Positions 1-8,275 of a DNA stretch of 36,035 nucleotides are shown here, piece by piece (position 1 is the stretch's first letter; each line of letters begins with the position of its first letter). This DNA comes from an uncultured Gammaproteobacteria bacterium (lineage in GTDB: Bacteria > Patescibacteriota > Patescibacteriia > Magasanikbacterales > UBA922), in NCBI GenBank assembly GCA_964412535.1, contig CAYPPF010000001.1, forward strand, positions 1-36,035, in the 5' to 3' direction. Below the pieces are notes generated by a model that did no database searches, was not told the DNA's origin, and saw only the letters and a list, made by a program, of their open reading frames with translations. Position numbers and translations under genes: made by a program.

Positions 1-2
1 GT

Positions 3-221
3 GATCTTCCAGGAGAACTATACCGTTATGCAATTAAGTCAGCCACTAACAAAGATATTGTAATGGCCAAGAAGTGTGCCAAGATGGCACAGGATATTAT
101 TGGAGAGTTATCTGAATTCAATTTGACTAGTTATTTACGTACCAAGTTTGATCAGGCTAAAGGCGCTGTGAATAGACTAGAATATGTGGTGTACGAGTTG
201 AGCATGAGAGAGAAGAAATAA
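3..221 (+). CDS. Translin/Trax (C3PO) family protein, C-terminal part (truncated by window start; absent from ORF track)
   Basis: Frame +3 reads DLPGELYRYAIKSATNKDIVMAKKCAKMAQDIIGELSEFNLTSYLRTKFDQAKGAVNRLEYVVYELSMREKK*. This matches the translin/Trax motifs DLxGELxRxAI and LRxKxD...ExVVYxLSxR. Confidence 0.85.
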   Translation, partial: DLPGELYRYAIKSATNKDIVMAKKCAKMAQDIIGELSEFNLTSYLRTKFDQAKGAVNRLEYVVYELSMREKK

Positions 222-229
222 CAAACAAG

Positions 230-248
230 ACCCTGGTGTTACCAGGGT
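230..248. terminator. Hairpin between convergent genes, probable terminator
   Basis: ACCCTGGT-GTT-ACCAGGGT perfect 8-bp stem between the stops at 221 and 251; U-tracts are weak. Confidence 0.6.
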
Positions 249-250
249 TG

Positions 251-529
251 CTACCGGTGGGGATCGCGTCTTTTGTAGGACACGTAGAGCATTCCAGGAA
301 GGAGTTTGAGGATGCAGGTAGTATAGAACAGCACCCCAACTGTTACGTGAACCCAAAGGGGGAGGGGAGTCTGTTGCGCTATTACCACCTTTTTCACCAT
401 CGGCTCTATGGCCGGGGTGGAGGCTACCTGGTGTGCCATGAGGGCTATTATGAAGACGATTAGGCAACAGAGCCCAACCACACCTGCCAGTAACCAGGCC
501 GTACTCTCTTCCTTCATCTCATTTTTCAT
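251..529 (-). CDS. Small hypothetical membrane protein (2 TM)
   Basis: Two hydrophobic segments (WLLAGVVGLCCLIVFIIAL; LWVHVTVGVLFYTTCIL); GAGGGA SD-like sequence upstream; lies 14 nt downstream of 544..765. Confidence 0.65.
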   Translation of the reverse strand: MKNEMKEESTAWLLAGVVGLCCLIVFIIALMAHQVASTPAIEPMVKKVVIAQQTPLPLWVHVTVGVLFYTTCILKLLPGMLYVSYKRRDPHR

Positions 530-543
530 CTCATTCCCTCCGG

Positions 544-765
544 TTATGCTGGGCAGAGCCAGTTACTGGGCAAAACGCCCCTCGCCTTGTCTCCACTTTT
601 GACTTCAACCAGGTTTGCATTCTCTCGTGCTCTAGGTGGGTCTATGTCCACCACTTGGAAGATGGTGGAAAGATTTCCGCCAGTCCATTTTTGAGCGTAG
701 GAGATGCGCATTGACCCTATAGAAGGGTCAATCATTACTCGCATACCAAGTCCAAGATTACTCAT
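544..765 (-). CDS. Small hypothetical protein, possible SH3/KOW-like beta-barrel
   Basis: AGGAGG SD upstream. Pattern LGMRVMI...IFQVVDID...LVEVK...GVLPSNWLCP resembles an SH3-like barrel (inference). Confidence 0.65.
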   Translation of the reverse strand: MSNLGLGMRVMIDPSIGSMRISYAQKWTGGNLSTIFQVVDIDPPRARENANLVEVKSGDKARGVLPSNWLCPA

Positions 766-905
766 TTGTTCCTCCTGGGAAAAGATCTATATATAAACAC
801 CTGTTAAGGTGGATTAGTTAGCAATATTTAATCACAGAAAGATTGATTTGTCAAGCAAGGGAAAATAGGATAAAATTAAGTTATTGAGTTAATATATACT
901 AAATC

Positions 906-2237
906 ATGTATATAAAGAAAATTGTTAAAAAAATATTACCCAAATCCTTGCTAAACCTATGGCATTCTTTTTTTGCTTGGTATGGGGCAGTAAAGTACAA
1001 TAATGCTTCTGAAGAGCTTCTTGTTATTGGCGTTACTGGTACTAGTGGGAAATCAAGTGTAATACACTTTTTGCGACAGGCCTTGGAAGAGTCTGGTTTC
1101 AAGGTTGGTTCTTTGTCCACCATTGATTTCTATGTCAACGGAGTGGTGGAAATGAATGACAAGAAGATGACCATGCTTGGTAAAATGGAAATTCAAAAGT
1201 ATTTGCGTGAAATGGTTGACCAAGGATGTAATATTGCAATAGTGGAAACAACCTCAGAAGGATATATACAACACAGGCACAAGTATATTAACTATGACAT
1301 GATGATATTGACTAATTTGTACCCGGAACACATTGAAGCTCATGGTAGTTTTGAAAATTACAAAAAAGCTAAGCTGGGTATTTTTGAACACATGAAAGAG
1401 TGTGAAACAAAAGAATTGGAAAATATTCCTCCTTTTCAAAAGACAGCTATTTTGAATGGTAATAGTAAATATGTGAAAGAGTTTTTGAAACTAAAGTTTG
1501 ACAACGAGATTTTATTTGGAAGAGATGATGTTGAGAAGTACAGAAAGAATATTCATTTGCTTGCTAGCGAGGTAGGGGTAGACAAAGATGGACTAACTTT
1601 CTCTGTCCATGACAGGGAGTTTCTCCCTAAGCTGTTAGGTGAATATAACGTAATGAATATTTTAGCAGCTGTTTCTGTGTTAAGAGTCCTTGATATTAAT
1701 TGGTCAGAAATACAAAGAATTGTTGATAATCTTAAACCAGCACCAGGAAGAATAGAGATTATTCCTGAAGCAGAGGAAAAAGGAATAACAGCAATTGTTG
1801 ACTATGCTTTTGAGCCAGTGGCCTTGGAAGAGTTATACAAAGTGGTTGATTTACTAAAATCTAATAGGATTATCCATGTTTGTGGCTCTACTGGAGGGGG
1901 TAGGGACAAATCAAGGCGAGGGTTGATTGGAGAGCTGGTGGGAAAAAAAGCTGATTTCGTTATTGTCACTGATGAAGATCCATATGATGAAGATCCAATA
2001 GAAATAATTGATCAAGTGTCAGATGGTGCTCAAAAAGTTGGTAAAAAACTAGGAAAGAATTTGTTTGAGGTTATAGACAGGGAAGAGGCTATAAATAAAG
2101 CGATTGATGTTGCAAAGAAAGGGGATTTGATTTTAGTAACTGGTAAGGGGAGTGAGCAGGCAATGTGTGTAGCAGAAGGTAAAATGATTCCCTGGGATGA
2201 CAGGGAGATGGTAAGAAGAGCTATATTAAACAAATAA
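906..2237 (+). CDS. murE: UDP-N-acetylmuramyl-tripeptide synthetase (MurE-type Mur ligase)
   Basis: P-loop GVTGTSGKSS, TNLYPEHIEAHGSFENYKKAK, PGRIE, VDYAFEP, GGGRDKSRR, GDLILVTGKGSE. Confidence 0.9.
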   Translation: MYIKKIVKKILPKSLLNLWHSFFAWYGAVKYNNASEELLVIGVTGTSGKSSVIHFLRQALEESGFKVGSLSTIDFYVNGVVEMNDKKMTMLGKMEIQKYLREMVDQGCNIAIVETTSEGYIQHRHKYINYDMMILTNLYPEHIEAHGSFENYKKAKLGIFEHMKECETKELENIPPFQKTAILNGNSKYVKEFLKLKFDNEILFGRDDVEKYRKNIHLLASEVGVDKDGLTFSVHDREFLPKLLGEYNVMNILAAVSVLRVLDINWSEIQRIVDNLKPAPGRIEIIPEAEEKGITAIVDYAFEPVALEELYKVVDLLKSNRIIHVCGSTGGGRDKSRRGLIGELVGKKADFVIVTDEDPYDEDPIEIIDQVSDGAQKVGKKLGKNLFEVIDREEAINKAIDVAKKGDLILVTGKGSEQAMCVAEGKMIPWDDREMVRRAILNK

Positions 2238-2238
2238 T

Positions 2239-2862
2239 ATGTCTATTGAAAAAAAGATAAAGCTAAAAGAACAAGAAAGGATTATATCTGTAATTCACAG
2301 ATATAGCCTGACATTCTTTTTGTGGTGGGTCCTTATCGCCCTCCTATTCACCATCCCATTCTTTTTCATGTTCTGGTTGTTTGACCATGGTTGGTGGGGG
2401 CAAACCTTGTTCATAATACCAGTCGTACTAGGTTTTTTTACACTCATCAGGACAATATTTGTATGGCAGAAGAATATTCTAGTAATTACCACACATAGAG
2501 TGGTAGATTTTGATCAAAGAGGATTTTTTGAACAAATAATATCTGATGTACCATATGATCAGATTGAAGATGTAATGGGCAGGATAAAGGGAGTGTGGGG
2601 CACTTTGTTTAGGTATGGGAACCTAAATATCCTCACTGGGAATGGAAAGGTGCAGATTATCGTTGACAAAGTAAAACAACCCACTTTCATACAACAGGAA
2701 ATAAATGAGATGAGGGAGAAGTATTTGTCCCGCCATGCCCATGATTTTAGCGGAGATGTATGTGATGCTGTAATTGACAAGCTTCATGAGCTTGATTTGG
2801 GAGATTTAATCAGAGTGGATAAAGCAGTAAGGAGAAGAAAGAAGAAACTAACTGAAGGCTAA
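2239..2862 (+). CDS. Membrane protein with bacterial PH (bPH_2/YdbS-like) domain
   Basis: Two TM helices, then ITTHRVVDFDQRGFF...IEDV...LFRYGNLNILT. Confidence 0.75.
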   Translation: MSIEKKIKLKEQERIISVIHRYSLTFFLWWVLIALLFTIPFFFMFWLFDHGWWGQTLFIIPVVLGFFTLIRTIFVWQKNILVITTHRVVDFDQRGFFEQIISDVPYDQIEDVMGRIKGVWGTLFRYGNLNILTGNGKVQIIVDKVKQPTFIQQEINEMREKYLSRHAHDFSGDVCDAVIDKLHELDLGDLIRVDKAVRRRKKKLTEG

Positions 2863-2891
2863 AAAAGAAACAGTCCAGCAATAGCCGGACT
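2861..2891 (-). terminator. Intrinsic terminator
   Basis: Minus strand AGTCCGGC-TATT-GCTGGACT followed by GTTTCTTTTTT, directly after the stop of 2892..3176. Confidence 0.7.
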
Positions 2892-3176
2892 TTATGAAGA
2901 ACCTTCTTTAATACCATCTTGAATTGGTGTGCCAAAGGCATGGGAAAGGGATTCTACCCTTTCTTTTTTTGCTTGCCTTAGGGTTAGTCCAATGTTTTCT
3001 CGCGGTCTTCCGCAGTATGGGCAGAACTTTGCTCGGGCTTCCAAGCATTTGAAGCATTCGCAACAAATTATCGCGCCTTCTGTTATTAGTTGATTTCCGC
3101 AATCTCTACAGAAATTATCTTTTTCTGGTATAGGGGAGACAGCGTTGGAGTCGCAATTCAAGCAGTATTTACTCAT
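2892..3176 (-). CDS. Double zinc-ribbon protein
   Basis: Four CxxC pairs (CLNC, CRDC, CCEC, CPYC); AAGGAGG upstream. Confidence 0.8.
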   Translation of the reverse strand: MSKYCLNCDSNAVSPIPEKDNFCRDCGNQLITEGAIICCECFKCLEARAKFCPYCGRPRENIGLTLRQAKKERVESLSHAFGTPIQDGIKEGSS

Positions 3177-3208
3177 TGTGGAGTACCTCCTTCAAAGAAC
3201 TGTGGTAC

Positions 3209-3237
3209 ATTATACCTAATTTGTGATATAATGTGAA
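3209..3237. promoter_or_regulatory. Overlapping divergent sigma70 promoters (ftsB and zinc-ribbon gene)
   Basis: Plus: TGaTATAAT 3224-3232, 7 nt before the ftsB ATG. Minus: TTCACA-17-TATAAT (3237-3209). Confidence 0.6.
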
Positions 3238-3239
3238 AC

Positions 3240-3644
3240 ATGAGACAAAAGCAACAATCTTTGTTAAGGCGTTTTTTTGGTTCACGCCTGTTCTTGATTA
3301 TAGCGCTAGTACTAGCAGTATTAGTTGCCTTGGGGTATGCAAGAGCATATTACCAAGATTACAAGATCAAGCAGGAGATTAGTGCTTTACAAGAAGAAGT
3401 AAAAGGATTAGAGCACAAGAAGCTAGAATCAATGGAGTTACTTAAGTACGTCACTTCACAGGCTTTTGTAGAAGAAAAGGCCAGAACAGAGCTAAATATG
3501 AAAAAACCTGGTGAAAATGTGGTTGTGATTAATAATCAGGCAGAAGTGGAGACAGTGGAAAAACAAGAGGCTGTGGAAAGCGGGGGGTTGAACAATTCTA
3601 TCAAATGGTGGTATTATTTCTCTGGTAAGGATATTAATAATTAA
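3240..3644 (+). CDS. ftsB: Septum formation initiator, FtsB/DivIC family
   Basis: One TM helix, coiled coil, FVEEKARTELNMKKPGENVV motif. Confidence 0.8.
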   Translation: MRQKQQSLLRRFFGSRLFLIIALVLAVLVALGYARAYYQDYKIKQEISALQEEVKGLEHKKLESMELLKYVTSQAFVEEKARTELNMKKPGENVVVINNQAEVETVEKQEAVESGGLNNSIKWWYYFSGKDINN

Positions 3645-3653
3645 GAAAACTGT

Positions 3654-4640
3654 ATGGAATTACATAAGAAAAGGGGAAGAAAGAGTGGTAGTTCAGCACT
3701 ACCTGCTTTTGTATTAGGTGTTGTTGCTATACTAATCGTTGTTGGACTAGTATATGTTGGAATAGTTTGGAAAGGAGTAAAGAATGTGTCAGAGGCCAGT
3801 TATGTCCTTAAGACAGCTGATGTCTTTAACTTCGGGGCAGCAAAGATCAATGGGAACAAGGTTGAATATACTGAGTATATAGACGATGTGCAGACACTAA
3901 GAAGGTTTTACTCTTCTCAGTCTGATACACCTGCACCTCCAGAAGAAGATATTTCCACCCAGGTTATTACAAGGCTTTTGGCTAATGAGTTAATCTCTGA
4001 ATTGGCAGAAGAGTTTTCTGTTGAGGTTACAAATGAAGAGATAGAGACTACTAGTAATGAGCTTGTTATGCAGTTTCAGAATAAAGAAGAGGCTGAGAAA
4101 GAATTACTTAAAAGATATGGATGGACTTTAGATCAATATGCTGGAAAGGTTATCAAGCCTGTTTTGCTTGAGCAAAAGCTACAAAAGATGGTTGCTGAAT
4201 CAGATAATGAGGAGTTACTAAAATATGCTGAGGAGCAAGTAAAGGCTAGACATATTTTGTTCAAGGTGGAAGAAGAAGAGTTTGACAAGGCAGTGAAAGA
4301 AAAGGCAGAAGATATATTGGGAAGAATAAACGGTGGAGCAGATTTTACAGCTCTTGCAGCAGAGTATGGAACAGATGGCACTAAAGACGAAGGTGGAGAT
4401 TTGGGATGGTTTGGCAGGGGAGTAATGGTGCCTGAATTTGAAGAGGCAATATTTGCCCTAGAACCAGGAGAAATTAATATTGTCAAGACTCAATTTGGGT
4501 ATCATGTAATAAAGTTAGAGGAAAAGAAATTAATTCCTGACTTTACTTCTTTTATGGATGGTAGACTATCTACTTCCAAGGTAAAGATGTTGATCAATAT
4601 CAAGAATCCTCTTGAGGATGCTTTCAAAGAGGACGAGTAA
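3654..4640 (+). CDS. PrsA/SurA-like parvulin peptidyl-prolyl isomerase
   Basis: N-terminal TM, SurA-N-like helices, rotamase motifs VKARHIL, GGDLGWF, MVPEFEEAIF, TQFGYHVIK. Confidence 0.9.
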   Translation: MELHKKRGRKSGSSALPAFVLGVVAILIVVGLVYVGIVWKGVKNVSEASYVLKTADVFNFGAAKINGNKVEYTEYIDDVQTLRRFYSSQSDTPAPPEEDISTQVITRLLANELISELAEEFSVEVTNEEIETTSNELVMQFQNKEEAEKELLKRYGWTLDQYAGKVIKPVLLEQKLQKMVAESDNEELLKYAEEQVKARHILFKVEEEEFDKAVKEKAEDILGRINGGADFTALAAEYGTDGTKDEGGDLGWFGRGVMVPEFEEAIFALEPGEINIVKTQFGYHVIKLEEKKLIPDFTSFMDGRLSTSKVKMLINIKNPLEDAFKEDE

Positions 4641-4647
4641 GTGAAAA

Positions 4648-4719
4648 GCGGGTGTCGTATAATGGTTATTACACAAGCTTCCCAAGCTTGATACGGCGGT
4701 TCGATTCCGCTCACCCGCT
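4648..4719 (+). tRNA. tRNA-Gly (anticodon CCC)
   Basis: Acceptor GCGGGTG/CACCCGC, anticodon arm CAAGC-TTCCCAA-GCTTG, T arm GGCGG-TTCGATT-CCGCT; CCA not encoded. Confidence 0.95.
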
Positions 4720-4724
4720 CAAGG

Positions 4725-4751
4725 AAAACTCCCATAATCTGGGAGTTTTTT
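4725..4751 (+). terminator. Intrinsic terminator after tRNA-Gly
   Basis: AAAACTCCCA-TAATC-TGGGAGTTTTTT. Confidence 0.85.
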
Positions 4752-4755
4752 GATC

Positions 4756-4784
4756 TTGATTTTTAGTTAGCAATCTGATAGTAT
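4756..4784 (+). promoter_or_regulatory. Sigma70 promoter
   Basis: TTGATT-17-TAGTAT with extended -10 TG. Confidence 0.55.
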
Positions 4785-4829
4785 TATTTTATGCGGTTTA
4801 ACTGATTCCTCGAAAAGAGGAGAGGAGAC

Positions 4830-5288
4830 ATGATGTCGACTATATCTGTAACTGTGGATCCAGTTTCTGTGGAGATGGGTGATCTTCAACCGAGTGAGCT
4901 GAAGAAAGTACGTAGGGGCATTAAACTGGTGCGAGCCATAAAGAAAAGGTCTGGCAGTGCCGGATTCTATTCTTTCCTTGGATGGATGTTCGGCATAGCC
5001 ATTACGGTGATTCTCACGGCCGTGGAAAAAGAACGCGGTTTTATAGGATCTTCTTCCGGGATTTTCGGGGTCGGTTGCTTTTTCGTCACTGGCTTGACAG
5101 TGGCAATACGGTCCTGGTGGGCTGGAGTAGAGCAGACGAAGACCAGGAGCGACATAGTGGCGCTCCTTGGTTGCATGCGTGATTCAGCGCGGTGCAGCCA
5201 GTTTGTAGAGGAATTTGCTGAAAACGATGGCGACTTTGCCAAACAATTGGCAAGGCACTCACCAAAGCCGGTAGTCGTAACTGCCTAG
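4830..5288 (+). CDS. Hypothetical membrane protein (2 TM), GC-richer than flanks
   Basis: Strong SD AGGAGAGGAG; two hydrophobic helices; no recognised family. Confidence 0.75.
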   Translation: MMSTISVTVDPVSVEMGDLQPSELKKVRRGIKLVRAIKKRSGSAGFYSFLGWMFGIAITVILTAVEKERGFIGSSSGIFGVGCFFVTGLTVAIRSWWAGVEQTKTRSDIVALLGCMRDSARCSQFVEEFAENDGDFAKQLARHSPKPVVVTA

Positions 5289-5402
5289 CGATCTCTAGAT
5301 CGCTTCCAGACTTCGCTCTTTGTCTCGTACGAGGTACAAGCCAGGGGAAACACATTCCTTTTGGAGCGTTTTTTCCCTGCGCTCCGTTCAAAATTATATT
5401 AT

Positions 5403-6002
5403 ATGATTAAAGCTATAATTTTCGACCTAAACGGTATATTCATCACCAGTAAGTTGCTTGGTAATCGTTTTACTGATGATTTTGGAGTGCCTGCAGAGAA
5501 GTTTCTTCCAGTATTGAATGAAATAATGGGGGAAGTAAGAAAGCCCGGAGCAAAGGGTATTTTTTCATACTGGGAACCCCACCTAAAAGAATGGGGAGTA
5601 GCTATGTCTAAAAAAGAGTTTTGCGATTACTGGTTCAAGGCAGAGTATGAAGTGCCAGAAATGGTGGAGTTGGTTGGTGAACTAAAAGACAGTGGAATAA
5701 AGATTTTCATCCTGTCTAATAATTTCAAGGAAAGAGCTCAATTTTATACAAAACATTTCAAGTTTTTAGAAATGTTCGACAAGATTTATTATTCTTGGCA
5801 AACTGGGTATGTAAAGACAGACGAAATGGCGTATAGAATGATTTTGAATGAGAATGGATTAAAGCCGGAAGAATGTATGTTTTTTGACGACAAGCAGAAA
5901 AACGTAGAAAAAGCTGGTAGTCTTGGAATACGGTCTTTTCATTTTGATATAGTGGGGAATTTAGTTGAAGATATTAGAAAAAAATTACCAAATCTATGTT
6001 AA
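5403..6002 (+). CDS. HAD-superfamily phosphatase
   Basis: MIKAIIFDLNG (motif I, second Asp replaced by Asn), LSNN, GYVKT, CMFFDD; start moved to ATG 5403. Confidence 0.85.
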   Translation: MIKAIIFDLNGIFITSKLLGNRFTDDFGVPAEKFLPVLNEIMGEVRKPGAKGIFSYWEPHLKEWGVAMSKKEFCDYWFKAEYEVPEMVELVGELKDSGIKIFILSNNFKERAQFYTKHFKFLEMFDKIYYSWQTGYVKTDEMAYRMILNENGLKPEECMFFDDKQKNVEKAGSLGIRSFHFDIVGNLVEDIRKKLPNLC

Positions 6003-6331
6003 CTGAATCAAAATTCGTTAAAATAAAGACATCTGTACCAGTAAAAGATGTAGAAAAAGTGAGAAAGGCAATTGGAGATGCTGGTGCTGGTATTCAAGGG
6101 AACTACTCTCATTGTAGTGGGTCTTCTAAATGTATTGGTAGATTTATCCCTTTAGAAGGAGCTAACCCAGCTATTGGCAAGATTGGCGAGTTAGAAGAAG
6201 TAGAAGAGGAAATAATCGAAGTACTTTGTCATGTAGACAAAGTGGTTGAGGTGGTAGATGCTTTGAAAAAGGCTCATCCATATGAGGAGCCTCCAGTTGA
6301 TATTATTCCTCGTCTAGAACTGCCATCTTAG
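5996..6331 (+). CDS. Stand-alone YqfO/NIF3-insertion (PII-like) domain protein
   Basis: DAGAGIQGNYSHC, GRFIPLEGANPAIG, AHPYEEP motifs. Confidence 0.85.
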   Translation: MLTESKFVKIKTSVPVKDVEKVRKAIGDAGAGIQGNYSHCSGSSKCIGRFIPLEGANPAIGKIGELEEVEEEIIEVLCHVDKVVEVVDALKKAHPYEEPPVDIIPRLELPS

Positions 6332-6395
6332 CTCAGTTGGCTAGAGCAATGCTTTCGTAAAGCAGAGGTCCAGGGTTCGATTCCCTGAGATGGCT
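6322..6395 (+). tRNA. tRNA-Thr (anticodon CGT)
   Basis: Acceptor GCCATCT/AGATGGC, D arm GCTC..GAGC, anticodon loop TTCGTAA, T arm CAGGG-TTCGATT-CCCTG. Confidence 0.93.
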
Positions 6396-6413
6396 CTATA
6401 TCTTTGTTAATTA

Positions 6414-6439
6414 AAAACAACTCTTTGTAGGGTTGTTTT
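6414..6439 (+). terminator. Intrinsic terminator after tRNA-Thr
   Basis: AAAACAACTCT-TTGT-AGGGTTGTTTT. Confidence 0.7.
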
Positions 6440-6520
6440 GGGTTCCCCTGTCTTTGTTGCTTTTAGTTTCCCACAATACACTGTTCAACACACTTGTTTT
6501 TATGATATAATCTATACAGT

Positions 6521-7192
6521 ATGATAAAATTCGATGGTGTTTCAAGATACTATACCCAAGACAGCATTGGCCTAGATGATGTCACTCTTGATATTGGGCC
6601 AGGAGAGTTTGTTTCAGTAGTGGGACAGAGTGGAACAGGTAAAACTACTTTTGTGAAGCTGTTAATTGCAGAAGAAGTTCCAGATACAGGTACTATTGAA
6701 ATTGGTGGCTGGGACATAACTAGGATCAGGCAAGGTGAGATTCCTTTCCTTAGAAGGCAGATAGGGGTTATCTTCCAAGATTTTAAGTTACTACCTAAAA
6801 AGACTGTTTTTGAAAATGTTTCTTTTGCTTTGCAAGTGGGGGACACCTCTCGTTTTCGTATTAGAGAAGTGGTTCCCAAGGTTCTTGATATAGTGGGGTT
6901 GGGTCATAAGATGGAAAGATACCCACATCAGCTATCAGGGGGGGAGCAACAAAGAGTGGTGATTGCTCGTTCTTTAGTTCATAGACCAAAGATATTGGTT
7001 GCTGATGAGCCCACTGGTAATCTTGATTCTATTAATGCTGAAGAGATAATAGAGATATTAAAGAAGATAAATGAATTTGGTACTACTGTTGTATTGGTAA
7101 CCCATAACAGGGATGTTGTTAACCGTCTGGGTAAAAGAGTAGTTACTTTGGATGATGGTAAGGTGGTGGCAGACAAAAAAACAGGGATATAA
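6521..7192 (+). CDS. ftsE: Cell division ATP-binding protein FtsE
   Basis: GQSGTGKTT, LRRQIGVIFQDFKLL, LSGGEQQRV, ADEPTGNLD; followed by ftsX; TGaTATAAT at 6503-6511 just upstream. Confidence 0.93.
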   Translation: MIKFDGVSRYYTQDSIGLDDVTLDIGPGEFVSVVGQSGTGKTTFVKLLIAEEVPDTGTIEIGGWDITRIRQGEIPFLRRQIGVIFQDFKLLPKKTVFENVSFALQVGDTSRFRIREVVPKVLDIVGLGHKMERYPHQLSGGEQQRVVIARSLVHRPKILVADEPTGNLDSINAEEIIEILKKINEFGTTVVLVTHNRDVVNRLGKRVVTLDDGKVVADKKTGI

Positions 7193-7195
7193 TAT

Positions 7196-8104
7196 ATGCT
7201 TTCATTACTACGAGTAATAAAATTTGCTTTTCAAGATATTTACCGTAATTTCAGCCTGTCTATCATGACTGTCCTTATTCTAGTACTAATGCTTTTGTCT
7301 ATTAACACTCTGGTGATAATAAACGTGTTGACTGGCGAGGCAGTAAGTTCTGTAAAGGATCAGATTGATGTGGGTATATATTTTAATCACGAAGCTAATA
7401 ATGAAGAAATTGAAGAGATACGATCATACATTAGTTCTTTCCCAGAAGTGGTGGAAATAACCTTTCTAGACAAAGATCAGGTTCTGTCCAGTTTTAGGGA
7501 ACAGTATGAAGACAATGAAGAGATTACGGCTGCATTAGAAGAACTAGGTGAAAATCCTTTAGGTCCTACCATGATAGTGAAAACCAGAGAGCCTAGGGAG
7601 TATGAAAAAGTAATTACTGCTTTAGATGTTCCAGAGTATGAGAATGTGATAGAGGCAAAAACTTTTGCTGACACAGAAAAGGCTATTGAGCGTATTCATA
7701 CTATTACTACTCAAGTAGAAAGATTTAGTTTGGTCTTAAGTTCATTATTTGCTGTAATAGCTTTTTTGATTATCTTCAACACCATACGGGTGGCTATATA
7801 TACCCACAGGATTGAAATTAATATTAAGAAGCTGGTTGGAGCTACTAATTGGTTTGTACGAGGACCATATATAATAGAATCATTGATTTTTAGTTTGTTT
7901 AGCATGTTGATTACCTTGGCTGTTGTATGGATTTCTCTTGATTTACTAAATCCATACATAACCATAGTGTTCCAAGAGCCAGGTTTGTTAACAAACTACT
8001 ACCTATCCAACCTTACTGTACTATTAGGTGGACAATTGGTAGGGGTGGTGTTGTTAACAGTATTATCAAGTTTGTTGGCAATGCGGAAGTACTTGCGTGT
8101 ATAA
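7196..8104 (+). CDS. ftsX: Cell division permease FtsX
   Basis: 4-TM layout, GENPL, FNTIRVAI...EINIKKLVGATNWFVRGPY. Confidence 0.92.
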   Translation: MLSLLRVIKFAFQDIYRNFSLSIMTVLILVLMLLSINTLVIINVLTGEAVSSVKDQIDVGIYFNHEANNEEIEEIRSYISSFPEVVEITFLDKDQVLSSFREQYEDNEEITAALEELGENPLGPTMIVKTREPREYEKVITALDVPEYENVIEAKTFADTEKAIERIHTITTQVERFSLVLSSLFAVIAFLIIFNTIRVAIYTHRIEINIKKLVGATNWFVRGPYIIESLIFSLFSMLITLAVVWISLDLLNPYITIVFQEPGLLTNYYLSNLTVLLGGQLVGVVLLTVLSSLLAMRKYLRV

Positions 8105-8116
8105 TATTAGTTTACT

Positions 8117-8146
8117 AAAAAAATACCGATCTAACGGTATTTTTTT
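8117..8146. terminator. Bidirectional intrinsic terminator
   Basis: AAAAAAATACCG-ATCTAA-CGGTATTTTTTT. Confidence 0.85.
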
Positions 8147-8275
8147 GATACTTCCAGAATAAGCAAAGTTATTTGTTTTCTCTGGGTGTAGCAGTTCAAG
8201 GTTATTGAACCGCCGTGATTGGACTAATCAGAATGCGCTATTGCGCGTGTGATTGTCAGAAACGAACGTTTCCTC

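Noticed and set aside
513-535. Tandem duplication TTCATCTCATT x2
   Set aside because: Only two short copies at a gene start; it creates alternative ATGs but shows no evidence of function.
4502-4735. 77-aa minus-strand ORF
   Set aside because: It is the antisense translation of tRNA-Gly and the PPIase 3' end.
4720-6321. Genomic island between tRNA-Gly and tRNA-Thr
   Set aside because: No integrase and no duplicated tRNA 3' end (att repeat) seen.
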